Shown: positions 1 to 16,527 of the stretch, one piece after another
Position numbering within the stretch: the first letter of the stretch is position 1
How the letters are laid out: the number at the start of each line of letters is the position of its first letter
From: Hormiphora californensis
Taxonomy: Eukaryota; Animalia; Ctenophora
Direction: 5' to 3'
DNA: 64,000 bases
NCBI GenBank assembly: GCA_020137815.1
Contig: CM035354.1
Span: forward strand, 682,001-746,000
Translations under genes and position numbers: made by a program
Notes under the pieces: generated by a model
Told to the model about the DNA's origin: nothing
Seen by the model: only the letters and a program-made list of their open reading frames with translations
The model's database searches: none

Positions 1-232
1 CAGGAAAGAGGGACGGTATTAGGTGTTAAAAGTGGCTGTCAGTGTGAGAGCAGACCACTTTCAAACCATCTTCTCCCGTTTTGGTAGATTTCTGAAACCT
101 CTGTAATTCGTACTCGGTTGACTGTCTTCAAAGTACCGATCCTTCGTACACTTTCCAAACCATGGCTAAACGAAGGTGATCATGTTATAATCTGCTAAGT
201 GAGTTCAGCTGGTGGAAAGTTTGCATAAACAT
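1..232 (-). CDS. 5' end (exons 1-2, KRAB-like) of a further PRDM9-like copy continuing left of the window
   Basis: Homologous to 6260-6523, 11040-11300 and 16040-16339. ATG at 232 (MFMQTFHQLN), short intron ending TTCGTTTAG, then a TEYELQRFQ exon. Confidence 0.75.
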
Positions 233-353
233 AGACAAGCTGTGAAAAAGATAGGGTACGTTTCACTTGGATAGTGATGTAGAGGGAGCAGAAGCTTGTT
301 CAAGGTTGTTTGAGAGAAAGTAAAATTATTGAGCTTCACAATTATTGAAAATA

Positions 354-564
354 AGTTGATTAGAAGTTTTATGGGACAACTGAGACAATTATTTTATTCC
401 AGGAAATTAAATCACACGGACGGGTTTCGTCGAAAACATCGAATCATAGGCTGCTAAAAAAAAACTAAGGTCACATAATTAATGTCTAATATTCTAACCG
501 TCGTGTGATTTATTTCTGGAATAAAGTTTAAGTGTCTCAGTTGTCAATAACTTTTCAATCAACT
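354..564. mobile_element. Small MITE-like inverted-repeat element in the array spacer
   Basis: About 70-bp imperfect TIRs (agttgatt..caactgagac..aaatcacacg vs cgtgtgattt..gtctcagttg..aatcaact). Absent from the paralogous spacer near 7245. Confidence 0.65.
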
Positions 565-711
565 ATTGAAGATGAGACTTCATATCAAGCGTGGCAACAA
601 CCTGAAACTTTCTAATTATGACAATACTAATAATAACAAGAATAAAGTGACCTCGATTTGTAACAAAATAATCGCTACACCCGATCCAACACCCCGAACC
701 TAACCCATTGT

Positions 712-852
712 CATGTACAGACTACAGCCAACAAACATGTACAGACTACAGCCAACAACATGTACAGACTACAGCCAACAACATGTACAGACTACAGCCA
801 ACAACATGTACAGACTACAGCCAACAACATGTACAGACTACAGCCAACAACA
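712..852. repeat. 23-bp minisatellite (catgtacagactacagccaacaa) x~6
   Basis: Direct tandem copies with no spacers. Confidence 0.95.
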
Positions 853-920
853 TCAACACATCACTTAACTTTCACGGATCAAAGTTCATGGTTCCTCCCC
901 ATGTGAGTGATATCATCAAC

Positions 921-3900
921 TCAAGGTTTCTGTTGACAGATAAACTCATGTCTCCTTTGCATCTCCAGCCTGAGTAAACCTTCTCTCACAGTAAGAGCAG
1001 GAAAAGGGTTTCTCCCCTGTGTGTATCCTCATGTGTCTGGTTAGAAGCGCCTTTCCGACCAAACCCCTTACCCACACACCGACACTTGTGTGGTTGTGCA
1101 CCTGAGTGTACCAGTTGGTGTGTCTTGTAAACACCTTCCTGTGTAAACCCCTTACCACAGTATTCACACTGAAACGGCCCGTTACCCACTGACAGTGTCA
1201 AAGTATCTCAATACGGACAGGATTCCTGAATTTTTTCAAAAATTTGACTAGGATGGGAAACAAATTTTTCTATTTTAAGAATAAGTTTCAACGCATTGAT
1301 TATTTAAAAAAACTAGATTATTATCTAAAAAACAAAACATTTAAAAAAAAAGGGGGGGGTCCAGCCCTAAAAAAAAAGCTAAGGTTACCGATTTGGTCGA
1401 TGGTTTTTTAATTTTAGCTTTTTGAGCTTTTTTTAGCTTTTTTTAGCTTTTTTTAGCCCTTACTTTTTATGTTTTTCAGCATTCATATTGCACTTTCATT
1501 AAATTTTCATCTTCCGGACGTCTATTGACTGCATTGTTCATTTCATGCACATTTTCCATAATCTACCGTTTAGTCAATAATAGCAATTTCTGTATCCCCT
1601 ACTGCCATTTTTGGAGCCATTTTTTCGAGAAAAATATATTCCAAATGTGCTAAAAAATAGTTTTTTTTAAAAAAAGTTCAAAAAAACGTTTTAATAATAA
1701 TAATTAATAAGTAACTATGTTTATTTCCGCCCATTATCCGACAGGGGACAGGAGCAGCGGACGGGCTGTCACTGAAGGGGATGATCTGAAACGGTTAATA
1801 TTACGGTAAAGACTCGCAAAAATATCCCGAAAGAACAAAAAATAATAAAGAAAAATGAAAAAATACCACCGATACATTACTATTCGGCTCACTAAATCGG
1901 TGAACTGATTACATAACAGGATGAGTTTAGAGTACTGGAACCTCTAACAAAATGATATAAAAGTCCCGTGATTGGGAAACACAGAAAAACCATCGTGCAT
2001 GAAAACCCCAATTTATGCTTCCACCTTCTTGCTCGCCACGAGCTATAAGACAGAAAAAACAATTAAACAAGGGTACCCAGCAGAGCACATACCCCAGCAA
2101 GAAGGATGATGTTAGAGGACGTCCAGTAGTATCACCAAAAGCTGCAGTGAAAGGACCAGTCTTGAGCTTCGCCTTTGAAAGATTCACCGACTCAACAAAA
2201 ACGTTATAATAAACGCTAATAAAAGTTTAAAAAAATTTGGACCCGGTAAGCGGGATTGCGAAACCTATATGATTCCACTGCTAAAAATCAGTTTACTTTT
2301 TTTTTAGATTTTTAGCTTTTTTTAGCCTTAAAAAGCTAAAAAAAAAAAGCTAAATAAAGCGAAAAAAGACTAAAAAAAGCTAAAAAAAAGGCTTAAAAAA
2401 AAGCTAAAAAAAAAGCTAAAAAAAAACGAAAAAAAGCTAAGGGTACCATTGATTTTTGGCCGTTAGCTTAGCGTTTTTTAGGGCGGGACCCCCCCCAAAA
2501 AATTTAAAAAAACGCTTTGGATTTTTGGCAAAACCCGAGGATCGATCCCAGGTCTCCCTTGACAAGGCGAGAATCATACCACTAGACCACCAACCTTGTG
2601 CTTCTTCACTATCAGCGCTGTTTTGTATATAATGTTTGGATCTTAGTCTACCAAAGCATGACTTTTCAGCATTAGTTTATCGTGCGCTTGGCGGGATCCG
2701 TGACTATCAAGGTACCTCCTAGGCTCCCTCTCGACCGACTAGAGATCCTGACATCGATGAGCGAGATCTCACACATATTGTACTGGCAAGCGTTCTTCTA
2801 GATTATTGTGATTGTTATCCCTATCCGTGGCATGTTACAACACACTGGTAGAATAAAGAGAGGAAAAAATCATGAAAAGTAAAAGTACGCTCCCAAATAC
2901 CCCTCCGGATTCGAACCCGGATCATCGGGGTGAGAGTCCATGGTGTAACCACTACACCACTGATGGAAAATGTAGAATGGAGGTGAAAATCAGAGCCAAC
3001 CAATGTTCTGCAAATAGAGAAAATACATATCTATGGTGAGTTGAAGTTTGTCATCATATTACTTGTTTTTTAAATGTGATACAAAGTAAAATACCATTTT
3101 CTAATTTCTCACTATAATTTTCCCCCTTTTAGAAAAGTGACTAGAATTTTGGCGCTTTAAAATTGACTAGCAGCCAGATCCCCGGAATACCCGGAACTTT
3201 GAAACTGGGACACCACTGTGGGTCAACACTGGGGGGGATAAGCTATAGGGCAGTTCCAACTGACATGGGACCAGTACATTGCGTGTTTCTTTATCGGGTG
3301 TTCAGTTCTAATGTGATCGACCAAACTCCTTCCTGGGACGGTTTCTTGGACACCACATGGTTATACCTACATTGAAGGTCCTTTGTGTGCTGTGGTGTTT
3401 TATGTATAGGCAGAGTAAGACTGCTATTTAAAAGCACTGGAGTACACTGGTTACATTGAAACACCTTCTCCTCTGAGTGTGTAGCTGCGTGTTTTTCGTA
3501 ATGTTCCTTATAATCAGTAAGGTAACCACAATACAAACACTTGTAGTTTCCTACACCCTCGTGTATATTCCTGATATGACTGCGAAATCGGCCTTTATCA
3601 GCATATCTCTTGTCACACTTGAGACACTGGTGGATCCTCTTTGGTTCAATCATACGGTTCATTTCCGTTCACATGCTACATTGACTGGTTCAGTAGTCAG
3701 TTCGGTTTTGAAGAGTCGAGGAGGTAGGTGTTCTTGCAGTTGGTACTTCTATGAGGAGGATGAGCTTTGTTAATCATTCCAAACATCAAATATCAACTCT
3801 AGCATCAAAATATTGATTTTTGATAGATTTGTTTAACAGCGGAATTAAAAAGAGGGCACTAACATCACTAGAATCCTGACTGCAGATGTCCTAGACAAGG

Positions 3901-6523
3901 TCAGGAGAAATATTTCATCACCGTAAAAAGAGTTAGTAATTCCTGGCCAATTCTAATGGGTTGTGGAATAATACTGGACCCATCTGTAGCACGTCTCTAT
4001 TGAATATAATAAAACAAAAAAAGAAACCCATTTTACTAACGTATATTCCTATCAATAAGTCGATCAAAACAACAACAATGACTTATAAACTCGCATAAGA
4101 ACATTTCTCTTTCACACTGGACCCTTGCAAAGTTGATGAAACGGAAGCCCAGTTGCTTGATCTGTCGGATGAACCATCCACAAAGTGGACCCTTACTGGT
4201 TTTAACCGTCCATGCGTACCAGGAATCTTTCCCACTTTGTTCCAGTTCTTGGTACTTCTTTTGAGTAAGCTTCTTTCCTCTGTACTCGCCTGAGAAAAAG
4301 GGCGATGTATTTTACAGCTTTGGAAAAAGTCTAATCTACAATGGAGCAAGTAACAGAGCTTATCGATATTATTATCTAGAGTCTAGGCCATTATCTGTAC
4401 ACATGACACTCACCAATGTAATCCGGGTCTAATTTAAAATCGAAGCGAAGACACCCCAACCCAGAGTGGGGTATTTTGGGGGGATCGTTGTTTTTTTCCT
4501 TTAAAAAAACTGATGAAAACTGTGGACGGGGAACTTTGGGGGTCTTTAGTACCAGAAGAAACAGTAACGATCTCGGAACAAGGTTCCAGGTCGCCATGTA
4601 GCTCACAAATAGAGGGAAAACAAAGTCCTTGCACCTCCAACAATCTAAATAACAGAGATATGATGTTCATGGAATTTAATACTGGAATAATTGACTAGGA
4701 AAGGGTTTTCTAATATAAACCTTTGCAATCTCCACCGAAACTTACAATAATCATCAGTATCATCATCATCACAAAAAAGTGTATGAGATCCCTCCTTAGC
4801 TTTCCCACCGGGTTCTTCTAACACTCCCCTCCCTTCTCACTCTTACTACCCACATTTTCTTCTTGGGCAGTGGCATATAAGAAAGATTCCTCGTTCTCAC
4901 TGTTGAATCTCATAAAAACATTAATCGTATCTCAAGAAAATCAAAATCATCTATCTAATCTTGTTTCTCATGTAATGTAGTGGGTGCTATGTATGGTTGT
5001 GTTGGTGTGGACGTGTCAAGGGGGTGTCTGCAGTTGTGGTACTGTTTGGGTTATCTTTTTCTGGGACTCTTCATCGTCTGTATAAACAAATCTCTCAAAT
5101 GCTTATCAGAATATCCCGCGTCTTTTTATAACCTAGTCAGGAATTATTAGAAGGTAGTATAAATCAGGGCAAACTAGAATGGCATTGGCCAAAAAAAAGA
5201 AAAGATCTTATCAGGGATAAGTTAAAAAATTGTCTTCCGTTCAACTCACTAGTCATTTGAACGATCGTCTTTTTCTTTCGTTCAATGACAGGGATTTCCG
5301 TCAGAGTATATGGTTAACTTTATTCAACTCAACTGCCTCCAGAAAACTCTTCTTCAGGATTGCGGAAAGGCGGGTAACAGACACTGATTGCAACTTTCCA
5401 GTTCCTTTTCAACTCTGCATCACCTGTTTTAACAAACAGAAAAAAAAAATGTTAAAACCTGTTTCCCCCCAAACCAATTCATGCTGAATCAACAGTAAAA
5501 GGAGGACAACATCAAAGTTCCAGAATTCAAACCTTAGATTTTGCAGCTCCATTTTAGCACGTTTAGTTTCTTCTTTTAGAAGAAATGACAGGCTCTTCTT
5601 AGTTAGGGTTTCTTCTAAAATACCAACATTGCGTTTTAGATCCAGGGTGAATGTCCAGACATTCTCTCATATCAACAAAATGTGTCAGCAACCAAATATT
5701 GAGAGATCCTTCTGGTGCAGTAATGCAAGGTAATCTTATTCAAACTATCGGGAATTGACTGGATAAATATCTCGTCTAGATCCACGCGTTTTTGTATCGT
5801 CGTTTACTCTGGGGATAAAGAGGGTACATTTAGTCAAATGTGTTGTGTTTTAGTGGATACAAATAACAAACTTGAGGAATCGAACAAAAGTGGTTAAAAC
5901 TACCACTACTTCTAGCAATGTGAAATGAGGTGTTGTGGTACTCTTTCACGTCCTCCATTCTTTGTTTTATTAGAACTGGAGATAATTCCACGGAGACCAC
6001 GCGTTCCTTCCCGACTTGGGACGGGGAATAAGGAGCTTGGGAGGAGGGTTGTACGGGGTGGGTAGTCCCTCTCTGGATCGGTATTCAGTCTCTTGCTTAT
6101 AGAGTTCTTAACCCTCTTGGTCTTTCATAGCTTCTTGAACTGAAAAAAGGATGATTGGATGAATTGTTACATCTTTGATACGGTAGTTGACATAGAAAAT
6201 ATTGTTATGTTCTACAGGGTCTAGCTATAGGCAAAGAAAACTATGATTTGTTACACTTACATCTTTCAAGTCTTGCGTATTTTAGCCCAGGAAGAGGGAC
6301 GGTAGATTTGTAAAAGTGTGACTGTCAGCGTTGAGAGCGACCAACTCGACCATCTTCTCCCGTTTGGGAGATTCTCGGAAAACCTCTGTAATTCGTACTC
6401 GGTGGCTCTATTCAAAGTACCGCATACCTCGTAAACTTTCCAAACCATGGCTAAACGAAGGTGCTAATATTATAATCAATCAAATGAGTTACTGTTCAGA
6501 TGGTGGAAAGTTTGCACAAACAT
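921..6523 (-). CDS. PRDM9: PRDM9-like gene copy A; zinc-finger exon interrupted by a 2-kb transposon
   Basis: Exons read DDTDDY|YCWRCK..CELHG (knuckle, ~4590-4770), KIPHxGLGVF (~4440-4480), GEYRGKK..YAW..HFVDG..SNW.RFIN.AR (~4090-4290), YGDE (~3920) and C2H2 fingers at 3291-3662 and 946-1190. Many single-base indels. Family call made by eye against remembered human PRDM9. Confidence 0.8.
1352..2496. mobile_element. Nested Mutator/foldback-like element
   Basis: TIRs GGGGGGTCCAGCCCTAAAAAAAAAGCTAAG vs CTTAGCGTTTTTTAGGGCGGGACCCCCC. Subterminal (TTTTTAGC)n at left is mirrored by (GCTAAAAA)n at right. Confidence 0.75.
2527..2597 (-). pseudogene. tRNA-like sequence (degenerate Pol III A/B-box module)
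   Basis: Reverse complement GGTGGTCTAGTGGTATGATTCTCGCCTTGTCAAGGGAGACCTGGGATCGATCC. A box intact, B box mutated, no clean acceptor stem. Confidence 0.6.
2897..2967 (-). pseudogene. tRNA-like sequence (Gln/Glu-like)
   Basis: Reverse complement GTGGTGTAGTGGTTACACCATGGACTCTCACCCCGATGATCCGGGTTCGAATCCGG. A box plus a perfect T-arm/B box; anticodon and acceptor stems pair poorly. Confidence 0.65.
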
Positions 6524-6570
6524 AGACAAGCTGAGATAAAGATAGGATACGTATCGCTTGGATAGTGATG

Positions 6571-7186
6571 CCCGGTGTCCGAGATAGAGGAATATGGGAA
6601 GACGATTCCCGTCGGCCAAATTTAATTTCGGCCAGTTTTCACACAAATGGACACAGTGTGTGCACCTGGCAATCTTGTTTTTTGGGACCGAAATCATGTC
6701 GGGGGACGCTGGTAAACGCTTTATAGGCTATCACGACAGAAAATCAACGCCGCGGCGTAAAATAGGTTCAAAATCACTGCTCTTACCTCAAAATAACGGG
6801 AATATTTCGGTCTCTGGCCGAACTTCCCCCCTCTCCTGGCCGAAAGCGCGCATAAAGCATAAATACATTTCATGATTGCAACTTTATTCAAAGCGTGAGG
6901 TGGCCTAGCGGTGTAGAGCTCGCCTATCTACGGGAGAGACCCGGGTTCCGATCCAGAACGGGTCCGGGGGGTGAATGAAGATACTTGTTTTAAAACTTTT
7001 TAAAACTTTCTAAAGACTTATAATAGATGGTGCCCTGCTAGACAGCGATATATTTATGAAACTGCGGAATACTAGTCAGCTTGTTCAGTATGCTGCCTCG
7101 CCTTAAATTTGCTTCAGCCACGGAAAATCGGTCGATTTTGGGAATGGCCTGGCATCCGGCCACTTTAACCCCCGGACACCGTGGGG
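6571..7186. mobile_element. 616-bp non-autonomous TIR element with a 7-bp TSD, just upstream of the copy A start codon
   Basis: AGTGATG duplicated at 6564-6570 and 7187-7193. Empty site GGATAGTGATGTAGAGGG at ~269-286. Termini CCCGGTGTCCG / CGGACACCGTGGGG. Confidence 0.8.
6893..6965 (+). pseudogene. tRNA-like A/B-box module inside the 616-bp element
   Basis: GGTGGCCTAGCGGT ... CCCGGGTTCCGATCC at tRNA-like spacing. Confidence 0.55.
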
Positions 7187-7565
7187 AGTGATGTAGAGGG
7201 AACAGTGTTGTTTGAGAGAACTAAAACTATTAGCTCACAAATTATTGAAAATAATAATGATAACAAGAATAAAGTGACCTAGGTTTGTTACAAAATACAC
7301 TCAACACCTCGAAACCTAACCCCCTTTGTCACCCTACAAACACATATGCATTATATTCAGTTACAACTTTTTCGGATCAAAGTTAATGCTGCACCCAATG
7401 AAACACCTCACATTTAATACAATTTCCTATTACATAATATACTTCCTATTACATAATATATAGCCAACAACATCTGCATATCAATACAAACTTTTTTGGG
7501 TCAGAATAATATGTAGCATGTCAAATAATTGGTTCAATCACCCATGATACATGATTATTATCCAT

Positions 7566-11300
<3,735 letters not shown>

Positions 11301-13744
11301 AAAGTTGAACTTTAAATGTTTAGCGTGTTGGTGAATTGTATTGCACTCTCTCACAGGTCTGTACCCATCAACTGATTTTACAAGGGCCCAACAGAAAGCA
11401 AGTCGAGTAGTGGTACAGAGAGATATGTAGGGAAACACATGGAAAATGAAATTGGTGCATTTGGAATAATGGAAATACCTGGCTCACAAAATAGAAAATA
11501 CTAATAGTCGGAAAGCTCTACGGTATTTAACGCCCCCCCGTGGGAAAAGTGAGATAGTAGAAATTACTAAGAGGAGAGAAATTTCTCTCTAATAGTATTT
11601 CTATATATCCTCTCTTTTCCCACGGCCAGTGGGGGAATACCGTAAGAGCTTCCACTATAATGATAACAAGAATAAAGTACTGACCTTGATTTGTTTCAAA
11701 ATACACGCAACAACTCGAACCAACACCTCGAGAACCTAGCACATTGAATGTCCTACAGCCAAAATCATCTACAAATCGAATTATTTAGCGTGTTAATCAT
11801 TAATTGGTTCAATCGCCCATATCATATCATCAGGTCAAGGTCTCTGTGGACATGTAAACTCATGACTCCTTGAATGTACAGCCTGAGTAAACCTCCTCCC
11901 ACAGTAAGAGCAGGCAAAGGGTTTCTCCTCTGTGTGTATTCTCATGTGTCTTGTAAGATTACTTATCCGACTGAACCCTACACACACCGTACCTTGTGTG
12001 GTGGGCACCTGAGTGTACCCAGTGGTGTTGTAAATGTATAGGACCCTCCTGTCTAAACCCTTACCACCGTGACGCACCTGAAACGGCCCCGTTACCCACT
12101 GTGGGTAACCACTGTGGTGATAAACATGGTTGTCTCCAAATGACATGGACCACGGTACAGCGGTGGTTTCTTCAATCGGGTGTTCAGTTTTGAGGTGCTC
12201 GACAACTCCTCCTGGACCGGTTTTTGACAACCACATGCTTATACCTAACATTTGAAGTCTTTGTGCTTGATGTGGTGTTTTTATGTACATGAAGAGTAAG
12301 ACTTCTCTTTTCAATAGCACTGTAGTTACACTGGTTGCATTGAAACACCTTCTCCTATGAGTGTGTAGCTGTGTGTCTTTCATAATGGTCCTTATCATCA
12401 GTAAGGTACTCACAATACAAACACTTGTAATTTCCTAAACCCTCGTGTACATTTCTGATGTGACTGCGAAGTTTACCTTTTTTAGTATATCTCTTGTCAC
12501 ACTTGGGACACACTGGCTAAATAAAGGAGTTTTGGTGCCTGTGTTTCTGTATTGATTGTCCAAAAGAACTAATCGACTCGCCTTGAGGGGTCAAGGACCA
12601 TTTCTACCAAGCTACAAAATGGATGAGGAGGACCCCAAATTAGTGAAGTTTGTGGGTTTTCGGTGGATTTACTATGATTTAGCTCCATAAAAGTAGGACA
12701 CAAATGTGGTGTATTTACTACCGTAGGGCAAAATATATCGATGAAAATGGGCATGGATCGGGCCTAAATCTTGGCCAGTAGTTCTAAACAAAGTCAGAGG
12801 TGTTTAAGGCAACACTTGCAGAAATCAAAGTCAAATACATGTAGATGGATAACTTTGGTGGCAGGTAGGTAATCATCGTTCTCAAAAAAGCTGGCTAAGC
12901 TTCATACTTTACAGTGAGGGCCCACTCTGCCAAAGTCAAATTGATTAATTCTGATCGACGGAAGTGGAAGGAAACTCTCTGCGTAACGTAGAGGTAGTGG
13001 ACACGTTTGGTAGTAGTGTAGGGTATGATCAGTAGAGCAGTTATGTTTCCCTTCGCCTCAGTCTACGGAAGACTAAACGTGACTAAAGGGAAGATCAAGT
13101 TCGAGTATACTTGTATCAGAGAGGAGCCTGGCATGTGTGAGAGGTACAGTGGAGGTTGAGAATTAGGATGATGTGTTGAGGACCAGATGTGGAGGAGCTT
13201 CTGGAAGGTATAGGGGCATTGGTCGGCTGTTGTTGTGAACCAATACGCACATACTTGCCACGGAAGCGCAAGGACGTGTACCGATAGCGCTATGAGTGAA
13301 TTGAGAGTTAGTAGTGTAAGAAGACGAGGTTGTTCGAAGATAGAAAGCTTTGTTCTCCATCCCAATGGAATAATGGAGTCGAGGTTTAGCGAGAGGAGAG
13401 AAAATCTAAAGGAAACGCATGCCTCAGTCACTGAGAACTTATCTCGCAGAGAGATTAGGTCGGGGTAGAAACGATAATGACGAGAGGAAAAATTAAGGTG
13501 GCGTGGGACCTCATTCGAGATGTACTGGGGATCTAAAGGAAAATGGTGGTGGCGTGGTAGAAGGCGGTGGTGGTAGGCTGAGGGCGGTGGAGAGTCTGGA
13601 GGAAAACACTTTTCGGGAGACTCGGTGAACCGCATAGTGTTCCTGATTGAGACCTTGTCATTAATACAGTATGTGAGGAGCTCCCTATTCTACTGATACG
13701 TTCAGTTTCAGGATGAGTATACCGCAGCTAGGACGGTCCATTAA

Positions 13745-14392
13745 GGTACGCTAACCAAAAATTTTTTCAATGCAGGAAATCTCTCACCGTAGGTTGGTAG
13801 GCCCATTACCAAGGAGACCTCAATATGCAAATTTTAGCCCTTAAGTCGAATTCATAAATTTGCTACAGCTGTTTAAAAAAATTCCTGTAATCGTTTTTGG
13901 CATCTCAAAAAATGTTGTTTCTAAAGATAGGAGCATGAAAATTGGGGATTTGAAGAGGAACATGAAGGTGAATAACCACGAAAAATTTTTGGCAATCCGA
14001 GCTGATTTTCCGGCCTGAGATGGATTTCTTTTTTTCCAAGTTATTAACGCCAATTTGGCAAAAGTTCCGAAAAATATGGGAAAGCTGTAAATTGGGTGAA
14101 AGTTGCGTATAACGATTACGAAGTGGCCTAAATTTGGGCGTGTCCTATTGAGATAAGCTGTATAAGAGTTTTTTTTGTGAACCGCCGTCATTTCAGAAAT
14201 AAAATTAAATTACCGTATATCAAAAAGACTGATCGTTAGAGACCTGAGACTATGCTTAAAACGATTTCCAGAAGGTCCGATTTTGGGTGGGGGTCTTCGA
14301 GGAAATTTTGCTCATACTTCAAAAGTTTTTGCTGTAATGCGAAAAAAAAAAACCCATCTTCGCCATCGTGGATTTTTGTGATGTGCGTACCC
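13745..14392. mobile_element. Kolobok-like non-autonomous element (TTAA TSD)
   Basis: TTAA at 13741-13744 and 14393-14396 flank the inverted ends GGTACGC..CAAAAAT / ATTTTTG..GCGTACCC. Confidence 0.7.
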
Positions 14393-14429
14393 TTAAGGGG
14401 GGAAGGCGCCATGGAGATGAGGTGTTCTA

Positions 14430-15060
14430 GCACCTGAGGTCCTGAAACGGGGGAGCGTGTCGATGACATTGTATTAGGTTCTTCAACGATTGCACTGGAA
14501 TATGGTGTTTCCCATGAACAATGGAGAGCCTTCTTATAGTTCCAGGTCCTCCTAAAAAGGGGGACCCACTAAAAACTAGTAATATAGGGAATCTCTCTGA
14601 CCTCCGTTTGCTCTAAAAACTATCAATAAGATGATCCTTCAACCGCCTAATACCCATATTGAGCCTGATTTGAGGGATAACCAGAATGGATTCCGACCAG
14701 GGGGTCTACTACCAGTCACATTCTGGCCCTCCGGGGTTGGTGGAGGGTGGTAACAGAAAAGAGGAATTAACTTCGTTATCCTTTTATGACTTCGGCGTGC
14801 GTTTGATTCTTTGAACAGGGGTATTCTGATGCGCATTCTGAGAAGGTACGGTATTCATGACAAATTAGTCGCGGCTTAGAGAATGTTCGAATGAGGCCAC
14901 CATGGCCCGGGTTAAAACGGAGACGGACTTCACGGAAGGCTATAATTAATTCTGGCTGGCGTTTACAGGGGGACACCTGGCTCCTATTTTGTTTGTATAG
15001 CTAATGATGGCGATATCAAGAGGCGAGGACGACGTGTTGGGCTGTGGCGGACCCGAACTG
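14430..15060 (+). mobile_element. Degenerate non-LTR retrotransposon RT fragment (RTE-like)
   Basis: Across frameshifts it reads LRDNQNGFRP.STTSHILALR..DF..AFDSLNRGILMRILRRYGI..QGDT.APILF. Confidence 0.8.
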
Positions 15061-15087
15061 AGTGCTAGGACAATGAAGCCGCCTTAA

Positions 15088-15562
15088 AGTGAGAGTGGAC
15101 GAATCAGAGGTGGATAGAGTTTTGTAGGTAGTAGAGAATTCGATTTCTGAGTATTTGCGTTTTTGCCGCTCAAAACGACCCACCCATCACTGTTTTTTAG
15201 ATTATTTTTTGTTATGTTGGAGAACTCCTGTTAATCAGTATGCAGCATAAAACAAATAGAAACAATCGTCGGGGTTTACTAACACATTCGAATAAATCAT
15301 GAGGTGACATGTCCATGCACAGGAAGCAGGACCAATGCAAGCCATCATATTAAAAATTTAAAGAATGTGGGTTAGTAAAACACAAGGATTGTTTCTATCG
15401 TTTGATAAATATTGATCCAGCGATCTCCCAACATAACAAAAATTATCTCAGTGATGGGTGGTTCGATTTTGAAGCGGCAAAAAAAAACGCAAAAAATGCT
15501 AGAAGCTAATCTCTTACTACTACAACAAAACTGTCCAAATTCTATTCGGTTCCACTCTCACT
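15088..15562. mobile_element. Kolobok-like MITE (TTAA TSD, ~110-bp TIRs)
   Basis: TTAA|AGTGAGAGTGG..ACCCATCACTG and CAGTGATGGGT..CCACTCTCACT|TTAA. Confidence 0.85.
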
Positions 15563-16527
15563 TTAAGTTAAGTCAAGTAAGTTCAAGTTTGAGTTGTGAT
15601 ACAAAATAAAAAATTGAGGAATTCGAACAAAAGTTGGGTGTAGAATTACCGCTTACGTTCTAGCAATGTGAATGAGGTGTTGTGGTACTCTTTCCAAAGT
15701 CCTACATTTTCTTGTTTTTATTAGAACTGGAGACAATTCACAGAACACGCTTCCTTACCGACGTGGGACGGCGAGAATTCGGAGTTGGGAAATGCAGGGT
15801 GTACGGGTTTGTCCCTCTCTTGGATCGGTATCAGTCTCGTCGTCTGAGATTCTCAAACCCATCCTGGCCTTTCATCGCTTCTTGAATGAACCAAAGGATG
15901 AATCGAAGGGGTACATCTTTGATTACGGTAGTAGTTGACATAGACAATATTTTTATGCTCTAAACCTCCCTTTACATTTGTAAGGGTGCCCAAAACAGGG
16001 TCTAGCTAGGCAAAGTAAACTATGATTTGTTACACTTACAACGTTCAAGTCTTGCCTTATCTTTAGCCCAGGAGGAGGGACGGAGTTGTTAAAAGTGGCT
16101 TGTCAGCTGAGAGCAAGACCAACTTCAACCATCTTCTCCAGTTTTGGTAGATTCTCTGAAAACTATGTAATTTTAGTTTTACGCTGGCTATTGTAAAAGT
16201 ACCGCATACCTTCGTAAACTTTCCAAACCATGGCTAAACGAAGGTGATAATGTTGTGCTGTTGCACCTCCCCCGCGCCCCTAATGTTATAATCAGCTAAG
16301 TGAGTTACTATTCAGCTGGTGAAAAGTTTGCATAAACATAGACAAGCTGTGATAAAGATAGGGTACGTATCGCTAATCGCTTGGATAGTGATTCCCTATT
16401 AGTGACCTAGATTTGTTACAAAATACACTCAAGCACCTGCGAAAACCAAAAAAATTTGTCCGTACAAAGCCAACAACCTCAACAATACAAACTTAACTTT
16501 TTCCCGTGTGAAGGATATCATTAGTGA

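Larger units (their letters stand above)
1193..3207. mobile_element. Non-autonomous hAT-like DNA transposon inserted in the ZnF exon of copy A
   Basis: Absent from copies B-D at this position. Termini CAGTGTCAAAGT / ACTTTGAAACTG (11/12 inverted match), with GACTAG subterminal motifs at both ends. TSD not resolved. Confidence 0.6.
11835..16339 (-). pseudogene. PRDM9-like copy C with the central knuckle/PR-SET part replaced by about 3.1 kb of TE debris
   Basis: ZnF exon at 11835-12515 and N-terminal exons at 15600-16339 match other copies. The sequence between them has no homology to the unit. Confidence 0.75.

Noticed and set aside
712-852. CRISPR-like appearance of the 23-bp repeat (also 29712-30045 and 50230-50515)
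   Set aside because: Units are contiguous with no unique spacers, there are no cas genes, and the context is eukaryotic.
2897-2967. Functional tRNA gene
   Set aside because: Acceptor and anticodon stems do not pair properly and it sits inside a transposon; reported only as tRNA-like.
13063-13635. 190-aa ORF in the insert within copy C
   Set aside because: No recognisable motif; it lies in TE debris.
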